From assembly GCA_046563655.1 (NCBI GenBank), contig CM102285.1:6138001-6202000 (forward strand): a stretch of DNA of 64,000 bases, given 5' to 3'. Made by a program: the position numbers and the translations under genes. This DNA comes from Yuukianura sp. NJ FZ-2021. Its lineage: Eukaryota. The notes beneath the pieces are model-generated. The model was not told the origin of the DNA, searched no databases, and was given only the letters and a program-made list of their open reading frames with translations. Position 1 is the first letter of the stretch, and each line of letters begins with the position of its first letter. This document shows, piece by piece, positions 1-12,270 of the stretch.

Positions 1-1419
1 ATATTTTTTTAAATTAGATTTTCAGTTGCATAAAGAGGGATGAGCGTTAACTTTTGAAAAATCGTTTATTTTCATAAACTATTGTTTCTACCTACCGTTA
101 AGGATCCCATTTGAAACAATCGCGAAGAAAACAATGAGTCGATTTCTTTTTATTATAAACACCCAAATGAATAGAAAATTATTAAAGGATGAAGTTATGG
201 ACGGGTGAATAATATCTAATCTAAATAAGTGACGTGTGACGTGAAGTTCTTGTGCAATTGAATATGCTTATCAAAAAAAAATTAGCATTGCTAAACCCAT
301 TGCACTCAAACGTTTTACTTTCAAGAGTGTACACAGAATTGTTTTTGCTATTTGACTTCTGCATTACAACTATTAATCGGGTTAAAACTTTAAATTATAT
401 ACAAACATTTTTTAATTTACTCAGAAAGTTAGAAGTTAAGTTGTACCGTCAAAACTAACAATGAAACCAATAGTAGCAGAATCCGGATTTTCGAAGATGA
501 GTTCTGATGAAATCTCCGAGCTACCTTCACTATTACTCCAACGGCTTCCAAAAGCAGCCCAGGTACTACTTGGTACTACAAACAACTTTATATACAGTAT
601 ACTAAACATAAGTAAATAAGAATTACTACATTATGCTAATTTCTGAACACAAAGAATTTAAAAATTTTGCAAAAGCTACCTTCGGAATTTAGCATGGTTT
701 TGGTTTGCAGAGGCACCTAGCAACGAAGTTTGATCATAAAATTGATCAGTGTGTCTAGAATTGGTTGTAAAAATTCCAGAACGTTGCAAAGTGACATTTA
801 TGTCTTAAATTGGACATTTCTAAATACAAATAGTGCAAAAGTGCACAACATGAAGAGGCAACCATGATGAATAGAATTGCATAAATATGAGTTATGTAGT
901 ACGAAAACGCAAAGCGGAAATAGTGCCGCGAAGAAAACCCATAAAAATAATCCTGTTGTAAAAATCATATACATATTACAAGATGTTTGTCAGTCTGGCC
1001 ATAGGCCCAAAAGCATTAGAGAAGGCTGACGTACACACTGTACTGTGTCATTGTTCCCTTCAACTAATACTTCTTACTAAACCACACTGTATGTCAACTG
1101 AACAATCAAATACATTCCATAATTTGTTGAGTTACCTAACTTAACCCCTACTTTAATCTATTTAGTGTTAGGTTAGGCAAACCAACCACATGTACAATTC
1201 GGGGTACAATCAGGGTGACATAACGTCTTTCTGACCGGGAAGTTTGTGGATGACTATTCCTCGGAAAAGAACTTTTCATCTGAAAGACGGTTGAAGTACA
1301 CTTTGTACTATGTCATTGTTCTCTTTTTTTTAACAGATTTTATTTTAATTCATATTTGTACCCCAAAGCATGTTAACGGAAAAAGAAGTACCGTTTGTAG
1401 TTTGATAATGATAACCAAT

Positions 1420-1725
1420 CTAAGTAATATTACACAGTCTCTGTTGTGTGTGTGTCCTCTCTACGGGGTCTGGCTAAAAGTCGGATCTCGGATTCCTCGG
1501 ATTTCTATCCACCCTCTGTGCGCATGACAATATACTCCTTTTATAAAAACACAAGGGTTGAAGTAAACTAAATACTAACTAATTGTACCATATTTTGGTT
1601 GGTCGATCGTTTTGTTAATTTAACGATTGGGGTATCGTTTTTTTTTAAATTAATCCGTCAAACTGGTACGTACGCAACACTCAAGAATCTTTGGCTGGCC
1701 AAAGGCCAGCCAAGATTCTTGTTTT
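1420..1725. mobile_element. Putative Helentron/DINE-1-like non-autonomous element (boundaries approximate)
   Basis: Short (TG)n tract near 1445; long hairpin CAAGAATCTTTGGCTGGCC-AAA-GGCCAGCCAAGATTCTTG (1682-1721) followed by a T-run, as at HINE/DINE-1 3' ends. Confidence 0.4.
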
Positions 1726-1735
1726 ACTCCGTAGC

Positions 1736-1905
1736 AGGTGAAATGGTCAGAAATATTTGGTCAGAAGTGAAATGATCAGAAGTGAAAAGGTCAGAATTCA
1801 AAAGATCTCAGGTTAGGTTTGGTTACGTTCCTTCCTTTTCTGACCTTTTTTTTCTGATCATTTCACTTTTGATCTTTTCACTTTCTGACCAAATCACATG
1901 GAACC
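1736..1905. repeat. Small fold-back/MITE-like element built from GGTCAGAA/GATCAGAAGTGAAA units
   Basis: Left half repeats (g)gtcagaa/gatcagaagtgaaa; right half carries reverse complements (ttctgacc, ttctgatcatttcac). Confidence 0.5.
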
Positions 1906-2320
1906 GTTTTACTCATAAGAGAAAATTAGCTTCAGTTTGCGTCGTTTTAGCTGTAGCTTCGCCTCGATCAGTAAAGAATGGCTTTACAGTAGACGTATTA
2001 CCCAACGACGGATCAGTAAAAATACAACGTAGAAACTATAAAGACTATCATCGGACCTAAACTAGATCATGACACGTACAATTTGTGTTGGCGTTGTTTT
2101 AATTTATAAACTTTAGCAAGAGGTGTCAAGGTTGAAAAGAGGTTTTTTCAGGCTCAACGTTCACAAATTGAAATTTATTTTTCCGAACAAAAAGTGTAGT
2201 TTTAGAGGTGCAAGAATTTGTTACTGTGAAGAATATTTTAGTTCAAGGACTAGAATGTAATTTATGTTTTGGTTCTTATATTTTCAAAAGTGCGGAAATG
2301 TGGAATTGAAATTACATTTT

Positions 2321-4732
2321 TTATTGGACATATTCTATCCCTAATTTTCTAACTTTATTTATGGACTTACCAACAACATCTTCGCATTTTTCTTTGAGAA
2401 AAATAATTCCTGACAGTAGTACACTTGCAGCCCATAGAATCATGGCCGTGCCCAGGTTTAAATTCAAAGTCAATTTGCGCGGCAAACTTCGGTACTTTGC
2501 TACAACCTGTTCGAATTTTTCGAAATTCTCTGCTCCTTCCTGCTGATCATTTCTGCGCCAGATTTCAAAAATTCCATGTTCAATGATTTGGCGCATCCTG
2601 TGTATCACTTCGTAGCGCGAAAGTTTGGTAAAAGGAACGGCAACCCACATTTCCACAAGTTTCTGTTTCGAAATCTGAAACTCCTCAACCCCTTCATGCC
2701 CGTCGTCTCCAGCTTCCAATTTTCGAAAAAGAAGTTCACTCATAAAGTATTTCACTGTTTCGACGTAGTCGACCAATGCAGTTCGATCACACTGTTCCAA
2801 AATTTTAGCAATTGCACTTGAGTTAAAATTGTTAATGTTAGAATTGGTAAATTGTCCTTTGTTTTTAACAACAAATTTTGATTTGTATTCAGACCGATTT
2901 GCCACTGTATCTGATACAGGTAAGGAAAGGCCCCACCAGGAGTCCGTACCTGTCAAAATAGTTCCATTTACACAGTCCAGAGCAGATATCACGGGGTCAT
3001 AATGTTTTCGCACATGAGCGAAATGTTTTTCGTATTTTTCGTACAATTTGCAATGCTCTGCCTTTGGTATGCTTGTGTCAAACTTTATCTTCAACTTTTT
3101 GTCAGTGTGATAACCCATTGCTTCGCATTTGCACACGCCAGGTGAAAAGAAAAGCAGATTCACTTTTTCTCGCTGAGCGAGAAGTGTAAGGTATGAATTC
3201 GGAGCAATTATAAGAAATCCGTCGAGCTGATTGACGAAGTCCCACCGGTGGGTGGCTTTTGGTGGGGCCAAAATGCGTGCAGTAAAAAAGCCTTTGTATC
3301 CATTCACAATTACCACCAGCACAAGAACAAATGAACCAAATACCAAGCGATAGGCGGGCACGAGGTTCAGGGTTTTCACAAATTTGCGAGTGAGGCCAGC
3401 AGAAATTTCAAAAATGGCGGAGAGCGATGAAACCAAGGAATTCAAAAATAGTTTCACTATTATTTTTCCGCTTAATTTCCGGAACATTGCGATTCCGGTG
3501 AAAGCAACTGGGATGATGACGGTTGTCACGGCAACTAGGAACATCCACGTCATGCTGTCCATTGGTGTAAGGTAAATTTCAAATCCAAGTGAGCTTGACA
3601 CGCCGTCGCAAGTGGAGAATGCCATTTCTGCCATGTCAAGGATAATGACTGCAGCGGTTGTATCCTCATCGTATATAGGAGTCGAAAATTCAGAAGTGAT
3701 AAGCATTCCAAGATCTATGTACACCGCTAAGTTGTTACGAAAAAAGTATTTGACCAAGTGTTTTTTGAAGAAATCTTCTTGGGTTATTTCAATGTATGGC
3801 TCCGGATGCACTTCAAGGCAACTAGTTAACACTGATAGCATTTCCATGTACACGAAAAACGATAACATATTGCCAATTTTTCCAGTAGATCTCTCTCCAA
3901 AGAGGGCTTTGGTTGTCACAGGAACGCTGGATAGGGGACCATAGACTTTCTTCAAAATTGAATCCGAGATGTAAAACAAATTTTCTTGACCGGAGTTGCA
4001 CGACGCAGAACTATTCGACACAAAAATATCAAGGTGGTGTGATAAGTATTTGTGAAGGCTGAAGTGCATTTTCAATTTGTACTGCGTAAAGCATTTTTCA
4101 GCAGCAATTAGGCGGCAAACGAGTGGAATTTTGAAACGGTGGTTTTTGGGCGGTGTGTTTCCAATTAAAAAGGCCGTGACATTTGAGCCGCGTGTGATAC
4201 TAGCATGATACTGCGTGTCACCTTGGCCTTCAGACAAATCTTCAAGCACTAACACACAAGACTCAGTCCGTATTGGTAGATACTTGATCCAATCTCGAGG
4301 CGTTTCGTATTTTTGAATTTTGAGAGACCAATTTTGAAAAGATTCCTGTTTGTGCATCGTAAAGGCTATAAACGCCACGGATTGATTCGACATGCCACTG
4401 TTTGCATACTCCAACAGCTTCAAAGAACTTTCAAAGTTTTGGGGACTAATGTATTGCACCAAAAGAAAAAATACGCGGCAAAACGGAAGTTTCAATTTCG
4501 AAAAGTCCCCGACATTAGTTGCTGGGTGACTATAGTTTCCTGTGTTGATGTAAACGGGATCGGTGATTGGTTGAATGCTGGGTTCCCATTGGTTGGTTGA
4601 GCTCAACAACAGTATAACTCTGCAGTCCCTGTACGTACTTATATAGAAATTTAGATTTTGAACCGGCATTGACCCCGTTGCTAGGCAACTCAGGGTCATG
4701 TGCGTTGTAATGAACAGAATTTTGAAATCCAT
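2321..4732 (-). CDS. Divergent ionotropic receptor (IR/iGluR-like) membrane protein, intronless, ~803 aa
   Basis: Uninterrupted ORF; first ATG at 4732 (MDFKILF..., signal-like); FSTCDG...FEIYLTPMDSMTW then a TM segment; second TM followed by NGYKGFFTARILAP; C-terminal TM (LGTAMILWAASVLLSGIIFL). Confidence 0.7.
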   Translation of the reverse strand: MDFKILFITTHMTLSCLATGSMPVQNLNFYISTYRDCRVILLLSSTNQWEPSIQPITDPVYINTGNYSHPATNVGDFSKLKLPFCRVFFLLVQYISPQNFESSLKLLEYANSGMSNQSVAFIAFTMHKQESFQNWSLKIQKYETPRDWIKYLPIRTESCVLVLEDLSEGQGDTQYHASITRGSNVTAFLIGNTPPKNHRFKIPLVCRLIAAEKCFTQYKLKMHFSLHKYLSHHLDIFVSNSSASCNSGQENLFYISDSILKKVYGPLSSVPVTTKALFGERSTGKIGNMLSFFVYMEMLSVLTSCLEVHPEPYIEITQEDFFKKHLVKYFFRNNLAVYIDLGMLITSEFSTPIYDEDTTAAVIILDMAEMAFSTCDGVSSSLGFEIYLTPMDSMTWMFLVAVTTVIIPVAFTGIAMFRKLSGKIIVKLFLNSLVSSLSAIFEISAGLTRKFVKTLNLVPAYRLVFGSFVLVLVVIVNGYKGFFTARILAPPKATHRWDFVNQLDGFLIIAPNSYLTLLAQREKVNLLFFSPGVCKCEAMGYHTDKKLKIKFDTSIPKAEHCKLYEKYEKHFAHVRKHYDPVISALDCVNGTILTGTDSWWGLSLPVSDTVANRSEYKSKFVVKNKGQFTNSNINNFNSSAIAKILEQCDRTALVDYVETVKYFMSELLFRKLEAGDDGHEGVEEFQISKQKLVEMWVAVPFTKLSRYEVIHRMRQIIEHGIFEIWRRNDQQEGAENFEKFEQVVAKYRSLPRKLTLNLNLGTAMILWAASVLLSGIIFLKEKCEDVVGKSINKVRKLGIEYVQ

Positions 4733-5551
4733 GTTGAATATTTTTGATGTACTTAACGGAGCACGAAATTTAGCAGACAAAAGCGTTCTCGGGTTGCGGG
4801 GAAAACCACGGACTGCCAGAAATGATAATTCTAAGAGATGTTCGTGAGTTGTTGATATTAATTATACAATTTTCGATTTCTTAAAAAACAATGTCAGAAC
4901 CACAAAAGCAATACCCTAATAGTTCTTATTTTTCAAAAAAAAAGTATCTCACATAAAATGTTTGTATAAAGTGTTAAACTCGAAGCCTCATGATGCATGC
5001 AACAATCTAAGAACAAATTTTGAACCAAAATTAAAACACGATTGACACAAATTTTTGTTGGAAAATTCAATAGAATAAGTTAGAGCTAATTAAATAAAGT
5101 AGCAAAAGAAGTAGCTCTTTCACAAAGTTTGAAGCGGAGTCTGACTCGTAAGTCGAAGCAAAACAAACATGCTCCTTACAGAATCTTATCGTTTTTTTAC
5201 GGGTTGAAAGAATGATTTTTATTTGGTTTTCAGTTCCATGCCGTATAGCTAGCTCCAAATGAATTGAAAAATCTTGGAATTTATAAGTTTGAAAACTAAG
5301 TTTAGTTTTTCATAGTTTAATTTACGAAATTCTTTTTCTAGTTTTATAGCGTTGTCCAACTGAGCCTCAATCACGAGTTTAGTGAAGAGCAAGAATTCTT
5401 TAGATACGATGGGCTTGACAAGTGCGTGACTTGCTACGCAGGGCGTGTCGTCACTGTAAATGCAATTGAATTTATTTGACACAATTAATTAAACATTTTT
5501 AATTTTAAAAATTCAAAATGTTAATGTCAAAAATTAAAAACCTTTTAAATA

Positions 5552-6323
5552 GTGCAAACCTGACAAAGAGCATTGGATGCTTGTAGCTCCGCTTACGGAA
5601 TCTGACGAGCTCATTACAAAAATTCTTGAAAAATTATTGGTGCTCGTTGACTGGAGCCACGAAGTTTCATTCAATGCTGTTGACGACGCCATTTCAAATC
5701 ACCTCAACACTTGCTGTAAAGCTGTGTCAAAAGTTACTCCAGCGCTATACTACATGTCCCAGTACTACATACCAATAGAGACTGCGTTGAACATGCATCC
5801 TAGGTAAGTAAAAATCACAATCCAGATAGTTATAACGGAAATAATATTGAAAAATTATATAGAAATGTACAGAGAAAAAACTGTTTTTTTTTAAACTTGA
5901 GTGATTGGTACTTTATTTTTCGCTCGCAGTCTTCCTGAGGACAGCTACTTCCGTCCATTAAAAAAAGACGACATGGATACAATTTTTGGAAACTGGATTT
6001 ACGCTTCCGCCAATTCCGATGTCACTTTCATTGAAGATTCGGCATTGCAGCTAGGCTCGCTAGGATTGATTGTTGGAGGAGTCCTGGTAAGTTGGGGAAT
6101 GCACTTGCGTGATGGCGGAATCCATGTCGTCCATACACTGGAGGAGTATAGGGGGCGTGGCTATGGAAAAGTTCTGATGCAACGCATGTGCAGATCAGCG
6201 GCTGAAACAAATCAGTTCCCTGTAGTTCATGTTGAAGATGGAAATGAAAGCTCGACAAAAATGATGAAATCAGTAGGGTTTATTTTCTCACATAAAATTA
6301 CTTGGACCGAATTCGACGTTTAA
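5552..6323 (+). CDS. GNAT-family (FR47/glycine N-acyltransferase-like) acetyltransferase, last two exons; 5' exons unresolved
   Basis: Exon to 5803, GT intron 5804-5929 ending CAG, exon 5930-6323 joins in frame (MHP-S-LPEDSY); motif HTLEEYRGRGYG and VEDGNESSTKMMKSVGF; probable upstream exon ~5342-5455. Confidence 0.8.
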
Positions 6324-6920
6324 AACTTGGGCTAGTTAAATAATGGTGGTGAATTAAATGCAAAAGTTACACACGACGAACTGCTTGGAGCTGAATATTA
6401 CCACGGAAGTATCGTTCGGAAGAATGAGAAGTACGACACAAAATGTTACTGAGAAAATGAAAAGTTAAAGGTTGGAAGTCATTTTTTGCTTTTGTACATT
6501 CTAATACATTCTGCCTCTGCGAGGTGCAAAGGTGCAATCTAAATCAGAAGCTCACAAATGAGAAATGAACGAACTTGTAAGTAAGTATACAAAAGTACAG
6601 TGCGGCTCATAAGTATTGGGACGTTTGATCTTAATAACTTAAATATGATTTTTGATCCCAAGGTTTCATTTTCTCCAGGAAATAGTGTATCAAATTTAAC
6701 CCAAATGATTTACAGTTATCGAATGGAAATTAAAAATTGCGGTTTTGTCCCACAAACACATTTATTACAAACAGAAAACAGTTAATGAGTTTATACTTTT
6801 ATGTGGTAAACCAAACATTTTGTCCTGGAGTTTAATTAATAACTTTTTGGCCCAGATATCTGAATTGTCATCGAAAAGCATAGTCTACTAAAAATACACG
6901 AAGAAGTCTAGCTGCTACAT

Positions 6921-7216
6921 ATATGCGCAGTGTTTGCGCAGTATATGCGCAGTGTTGGCGCAGTATATGCGCAGTGTTGGCGCAGTATATGCGCAGTGTT
7001 TGCGCAGTATATGCGCAGTGTTTGCGCAGTATATGCGCAGTGTTTGCGCAGTGTTTGCGCAGTATATGCGCAGTATTTCCGCAATGTTTGCGCAGTGTTT
7101 GCGCAATGTTTGCGCAGTATTTCCGCAATGTTTGCGCAGTGTTTGCGCAATGTTTGCGCAGTATATGCGCAGTGTTTGCGCAGTGTTTGCGCAATGTTTG
7201 CGCAGTTGCTTGCGCA
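6921..7216. repeat. 11-bp minisatellite (TGCGCAGTATA / TGCGCAGTGTT variants)
   Basis: About 27 tandem 11-mers, most containing palindromic TGCGCA; flanked by 29-bp direct repeats at 6882-6910 and 7216-7244. Confidence 0.95.
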
Positions 7217-7710
7217 GTCTACTAAAAATAAACGAAGAAGTCTACTGCACGAAAAATTCATTTTCCCTTCAAATGAAATTCCGTGCTTATCTAAAGAGGA
7301 GGGGGGGGGGGCACAATATATGCTAGGCAACCGCTCTCACTATCTCACTGCATTTGACGTATTTGCTGCCTACAAAATTGTTTTATACTACGTCCGTGTT
7401 CAATCTCTGACTTCTGCGTTGTAAATTCATAGTTTGCATTGGTTCCATCCACGTAAAATCCATTCTTCTGCCAACGAAATTCCGTGCAGGGTGTTGTTTT
7501 AGTCGGTGACGGTTGAAGGTGAGATAAACTCTCGTTTCAATTGGTCGGTACTCCAGCGGATCGACTGTCAGTATGTGTCAAGTGTCAAATTGAATCCCAT
7601 GACGATTTTCCGCTCTGCCATATCCAAGGTTTTTTGGTAACAATGTTTCCGCAAAGCAAACCTGCCTGTTGCAACTTCACAGTACTTCCATCCAGCTTGT
7701 TGATTTGATA

Positions 7711-8764
7711 CTACCGCTATAGGTCAGAACTCTACTCCAAAACTTTCGCGCCTTTCTTTCAAAAACATTTTCGGCGCCAACAAAAACCAAAAAGTAAACA
7801 ACGGTTGAAGTGAGGGAAAAAGTTGACCGTTTCTCTCCACTCGTCAATTATAACAAACAATGTTTAATTATATTAATTACCATTACTAATTAATCAAAAT
7901 AACAACGAATTAACTAAATCGAAAGTGATCATTCATCACTGATGATTTTCACTGCTCACAGTAAGTTTTTTAGTGACCACTAAAAACTTTTAGCGATTAT
8001 TCAGTGTTAACTAAAAATTTTCAGTGACTACAAATTATTCAGTAACCACTAAAATTGTAAATGGTCACTGAGGATTATTCAGTGACCAACATGTTTTCAG
8101 TGATAACTGACGGAAGCAAATTTTCAGTGATTACTGATGATTTCTCAGCATCCACCAACAACATTCTAGCAAAAACTGGTCGTTTTTCAGTGACTACCAA
8201 AACTGATCATTTTTCAGTGACTACCAAAACTGATCATTTTTCAGTGGCTACAAAAACTTTTCAGTACACTGAACGTTATTCAGCGACCACCAAAACTTTT
8301 CAGTGAACACTGGTCATTTTTCAGTAACCTACAACAACTTATCTTTGACCACTGGTGATTTGTCAGTGATCACCAACACCTTTTCAGTGATGACTCACGA
8401 TTTTTGAGTGATCACTGGTGATTTTTCAATGATCACTGGTGATTTTTCAGTGACGACTCGTGATTTTTCAGTGACCACCAACAACTTTTTAGTGATCACT
8501 GGTGATTTTTCAGTGATCACTGATGATTTATCACTGATGATCAACTCAATTTACTGTTGATAATCAACTGACCTAAATATTTAATTTTATTGTTTTGCCT
8601 GATTACGAACCAAGAAATTACAGCTGTGTAATAAAGCAAAGGTGTGGACTTGAACATTTTGGGAATTTTGCCTTACTTCAACTTTTTCTCACGTGACATT
8701 TTTTTTTCTTTTTCTAAAAACAAATTCAAAAGTTTTGGAGTAGAGTTCTGACCTATAGCGGTAG
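7711..8764. mobile_element. Non-autonomous DNA transposon (MITE/foldback-like) with 37-bp perfect TIRs and internal tandem repeats
   Basis: CTACCGCTATAGGTCAGAACTCTACTCCAAAACTTTT at 7711-7747 and exact reverse complement at 8728-8764; internal TTTTCAGTGACCAC-like repeats ~7940-8540. Confidence 0.85.
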
Positions 8765-8938
8765 CAAAAGAGGTTTCACTTACATTTCAAAAGCAGAAAA
8801 ATAACCTCAGATACTTTTTTTTGTGTAAATTTTGATTTTATTTCTTGACAATTGTACAATTCCGTTATCCGCTAGAAGTCCTAACGCTGTACAATTAAAG
8901 GCTCAGCAAATTCACAGGTAAAATTCACAGGGAACTCA

Positions 8939-9486
8939 TTAATTCAATGTGAATTTTGATACCCATGCAATGCACTCCTCCACACTGACTTTCCCATCGG
9001 CATTTGTGTCTGCTTGTTCCACAAATTCTTCGTAGTTGACATTCGGAATTCGAGGATCATGACACCTTACTAAATTCAGGTCTGCAAGTTCCTCTGCGTC
9101 GATAAATCCGTCTCCCGATCTGCCTCCTACGACAACGTGAGCTTTGGCAAGTTCACGTCCATCATGTGCTGCAGCTAGCAAGGTTTTCATCGCATTCCAT
9201 GGAGCTCTTCCGTCAAGATACAAATCCCATTGTTTTTGGTACGCTGCAACGGCATTGGGAGTTGGGTTAAATTTATTCATCTTTTGAAGCAAAAGTGGAA
9301 GTTCGGCTGAACTGATTGAATCATCCTCCGCTCTGTAGCTTCCGAGAGACCGAAAATGCGATTCGACTTCAAATCTTCATCGGTAAAACGGTTGGGTAGA
9401 AAGCCTGGGTTTTCTATGTTCAGCGCCATTTCTATGAACTCTGTAGAGGACAGTAGCCAGTCTCCCTTCTCAGTCTCACAGAGATC
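8939..9486 (-). pseudogene. EF-hand calcium-binding protein, 3' exon with apparent frameshift near 9372
   Basis: EF loops GRSGDGFIDAEEL and DTNADGKVSVEEC; upstream EF-like segments (EKGDWLLSSTEF; EDDSISSAEL) lie in two different frames; CAG acceptor at ~9487. Confidence 0.55.
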
Positions 9487-9913
9487 CTGAAGTAGTGAAT
9501 GCTTTATTCGAAATGAATGTATGGAACGAATTAATTTGTATTATGTAGTAGACAACATAACCGGGAGTGGGGGAAGAGCGTACAGGGACTGCTACTTACA
9601 ACTCATGTACGTTAAAATATATTTGGTGTTATTTCTTTAGTGGGTTAAACTAACATAATCTACTGTGATAGGTGATTTAATTGTATTTGCTCGTGTATTA
9701 AAAATTGATAATTATACAATGGTATGCATACTACTATGTTCCTAATAAGTCTTGAATTTACCTTTTCCAAGTTTCACCTATATAAATCTGAGTCAATATG
9801 TATAATAGTAAATCACAGATAATTTAGGAGCTGGGTAATCGTAACTTAATCCAGTTTTGTGGCATGTTTAGAGGAAAATATAAACTTGTTTTCTCATTGT
9901 TAGGTCTCATAAA

Positions 9914-11735
9914 CTAAAATTCACGTTGTCCTTCGATTTTTTCTTCCTCTTCCTTGTCGCGTCAGCCACTTGAATAAATCTTAGCAACGTTGGGAATGAA
10001 TTCAATAACCTAAAGTTTGTTAAACGATTTTGGAATGCTGTTGAAAATAAGATTCATTCGTCATGGGTAAAATAAATGTTGAGAGTCCGATTTCTGCTGC
10101 GGAGGGACGCGTCGAGATCAGTTGTAATCTAAAATGGAAATGACACAACAACGCGTTTAAAAACGAGGTAAAAGAAACCGACAAATGACACCAAATTAAA
10201 ATTAAGCGAATTTTTAAATATGCATGACATACAATTGCGTTCCGCAAAGTCAATTGCTCCAATGGTCTCAAGCCGAGTAAACCAACTTCTACTGGTAGAA
10301 AGAGGCGTGTTCTGGAACTGAACTGGATTTCTAAAAACTTGAGATCTAAAACAGTTAAAACAAGATTAGGTAAGCACTCATTTGAAATTGAACTTGAAAT
10401 GAAATGTACTTTGTAGTACCACTATTAGTATTGCTTACTCTCAAGTCCGATGCTGGCATTTGATTGGCTCAACACCCGTAAGGTATTTGGCAAGCGGCTC
10501 TCTGAGCCTGTATTAATCTTCAGAATCAAATGTTCCAACCACATCATGCTTCCATTTCCAATGCATAGGCGCGGAATGCCGTAGATTGTCATTTTACGCA
10601 CGTTTGGTAGAGAGGGAAACCTATTCTTCCGTGTGAAAAGGCCACTCGTCACCAACTCAGTTACCGTTTCCAGTTGGTAGTCTGGATGAAAAGTTGAAGA
10701 TCGATTTTCCCCAATTAATGCATAATGTAGCGGACCGATGATAATCTTCTGTAAACTGAGCTTCGATTTCTGGAGAGCGGCTTCAGAAATGAACGGTTCT
10801 AGGTATTTGAAACTGTGGGAATCAGTGTAGTAGTAGCCGCTGCTGCGAACGAATTTAACGATGATGAGTTTCAACCGACTTGGACCGACATTCATGTTAT
10901 CATTTAAGGTCGTTGCAGCGAATTCAAAAGTCAGCTCAGTTCCAGTCAAATGTTCTGGATCATTGTCAAGTCTAGTTCCTCTTTGCTCAGCATTGGGTCT
11001 TAGTCGTAACAGTCCAAATGTTTTCAACATATTCAAAATGTCAGATCCATATCCGTACTTGCAAGTAATTGAAACGCTTGACACGTTGTTGGCGATAACA
11101 ACAGAGTGAAATCGACGAGCCACATCAAGTTTGAGGTACAACTCAACGAGGTCCAGCCTCTCAAGTTGAAAAGTTCCTTCTTTGAGAAAATGTTCCAGAA
11201 ATGTAGCATAATAGCGCTCAGACTGTCCCGCAAAACGAAGAAGCGGTTCCGTTCCTTTGAACTAAACAAAAACAATGGAAAATCTACTATCGTAATTCAG
11301 TGAAATGAAATTGTGGTTGTGAACTGTTTTAAAGCAATTGGTTTTGCACATTGAACACCCATTAGTCACTCAATGATTCTAAACTGATTAGTACCTGTAG
11401 GCGTTTCAAGTTAGGAACGCTTGATGGTGGCAGAGAAGATAAAGAGGACTTCGAAAACACTTGACACACTCCATCGAACATAATCTGTCGGAGATTTGGC
11501 ATCATCTTAATCATTAGAAAAAATTCTCTCCAGTAGCTGACTCCTGGAACAGTAATTGAACGCAAGTGCTTTCCGAAAATAGGCAGGTTCTTCCTAAGGG
11601 CTATTCCATTTTGATAATTTCTGAAGGGCAATTCAGCGGACGACCAAGGTGGATCATCGACTATCAAAATATCAAGGTCATTTGGAGGCCAAGTCAAACG
11701 TTGTGAATCCTTGGCCAATCGAGTTTCACGATTTC
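9914..11735 (-). pseudogene. F-box/LRR-like gene, 3' portion (downstream of the LTR insertion)
   Basis: Exons 11735-11395, 11261-10439 and 10345 onward with GT-AG borders in frame; LRR-like segments (MPNLRQI, VPNLKRL, LPNVRKM, NLKFLEI); probable stop near 9914. Confidence 0.65.
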
Positions 11736-11740
11736 GACAA

Positions 11741-12171
11741 TGTTAGGCTCGGTCGTAGTCGACTAACCGTTGACTACCGGAACACTGAATTTGGAAGGAC
11801 GTGATCGAAAAAGGGTTGATTTCTTGTTGGTTTATTTTACTATTTAATTAATTGCTAAGAGGACAATACTTTTTTCACATCTACTCTCTCCTAGCTCTAA
11901 AAACTTACTTACTTCTAAAAAACAAAGGAACCACGCTACACACTCATTCATGACGCGGACGACTTTTTGGATTCCCACTCAAATTCTGTCTCAAACTGAC
12001 AAGAGCAGAAAACTAACCTGAACCTATTGTTCTAACACTGTTAACAAATATTTCTTAACCTAATGGTCGGTGGCCCTAATTTCTCGCCTAATATTTACCT
12101 TTAAAAGAAAAACTCTAGAACGGAAATTTAACCTAGCCTAATCTAACTTCTAACTTATTTCCATCCTAACA
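11741..12171 (-). repeat. 3' LTR of BEL/Pao element
   Basis: TGTTAGG...CCTAACA; adjacent purine tract GTGGGAGAAA on - strand (12172-12181). Confidence 0.95.
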
Positions 12172-12270
12172 TTTCTCCCACCTTTCCTTTAAGAGGAAAC
12201 GATTAAAGGAAAAAAACTAACACCCGAGAAAACTCTAAACGGATTGAAGAGAATGTACCATTAACTTAAC

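Noticed and set aside
6868..7424. Six overlapping repetitive ORFs
   Set aside because: Artefact of a stop-free 11-bp minisatellite
8061..8306. Thr/Ser-rich repeat ORF
   Set aside because: Lies in the internal tandem repeats of the TIR element
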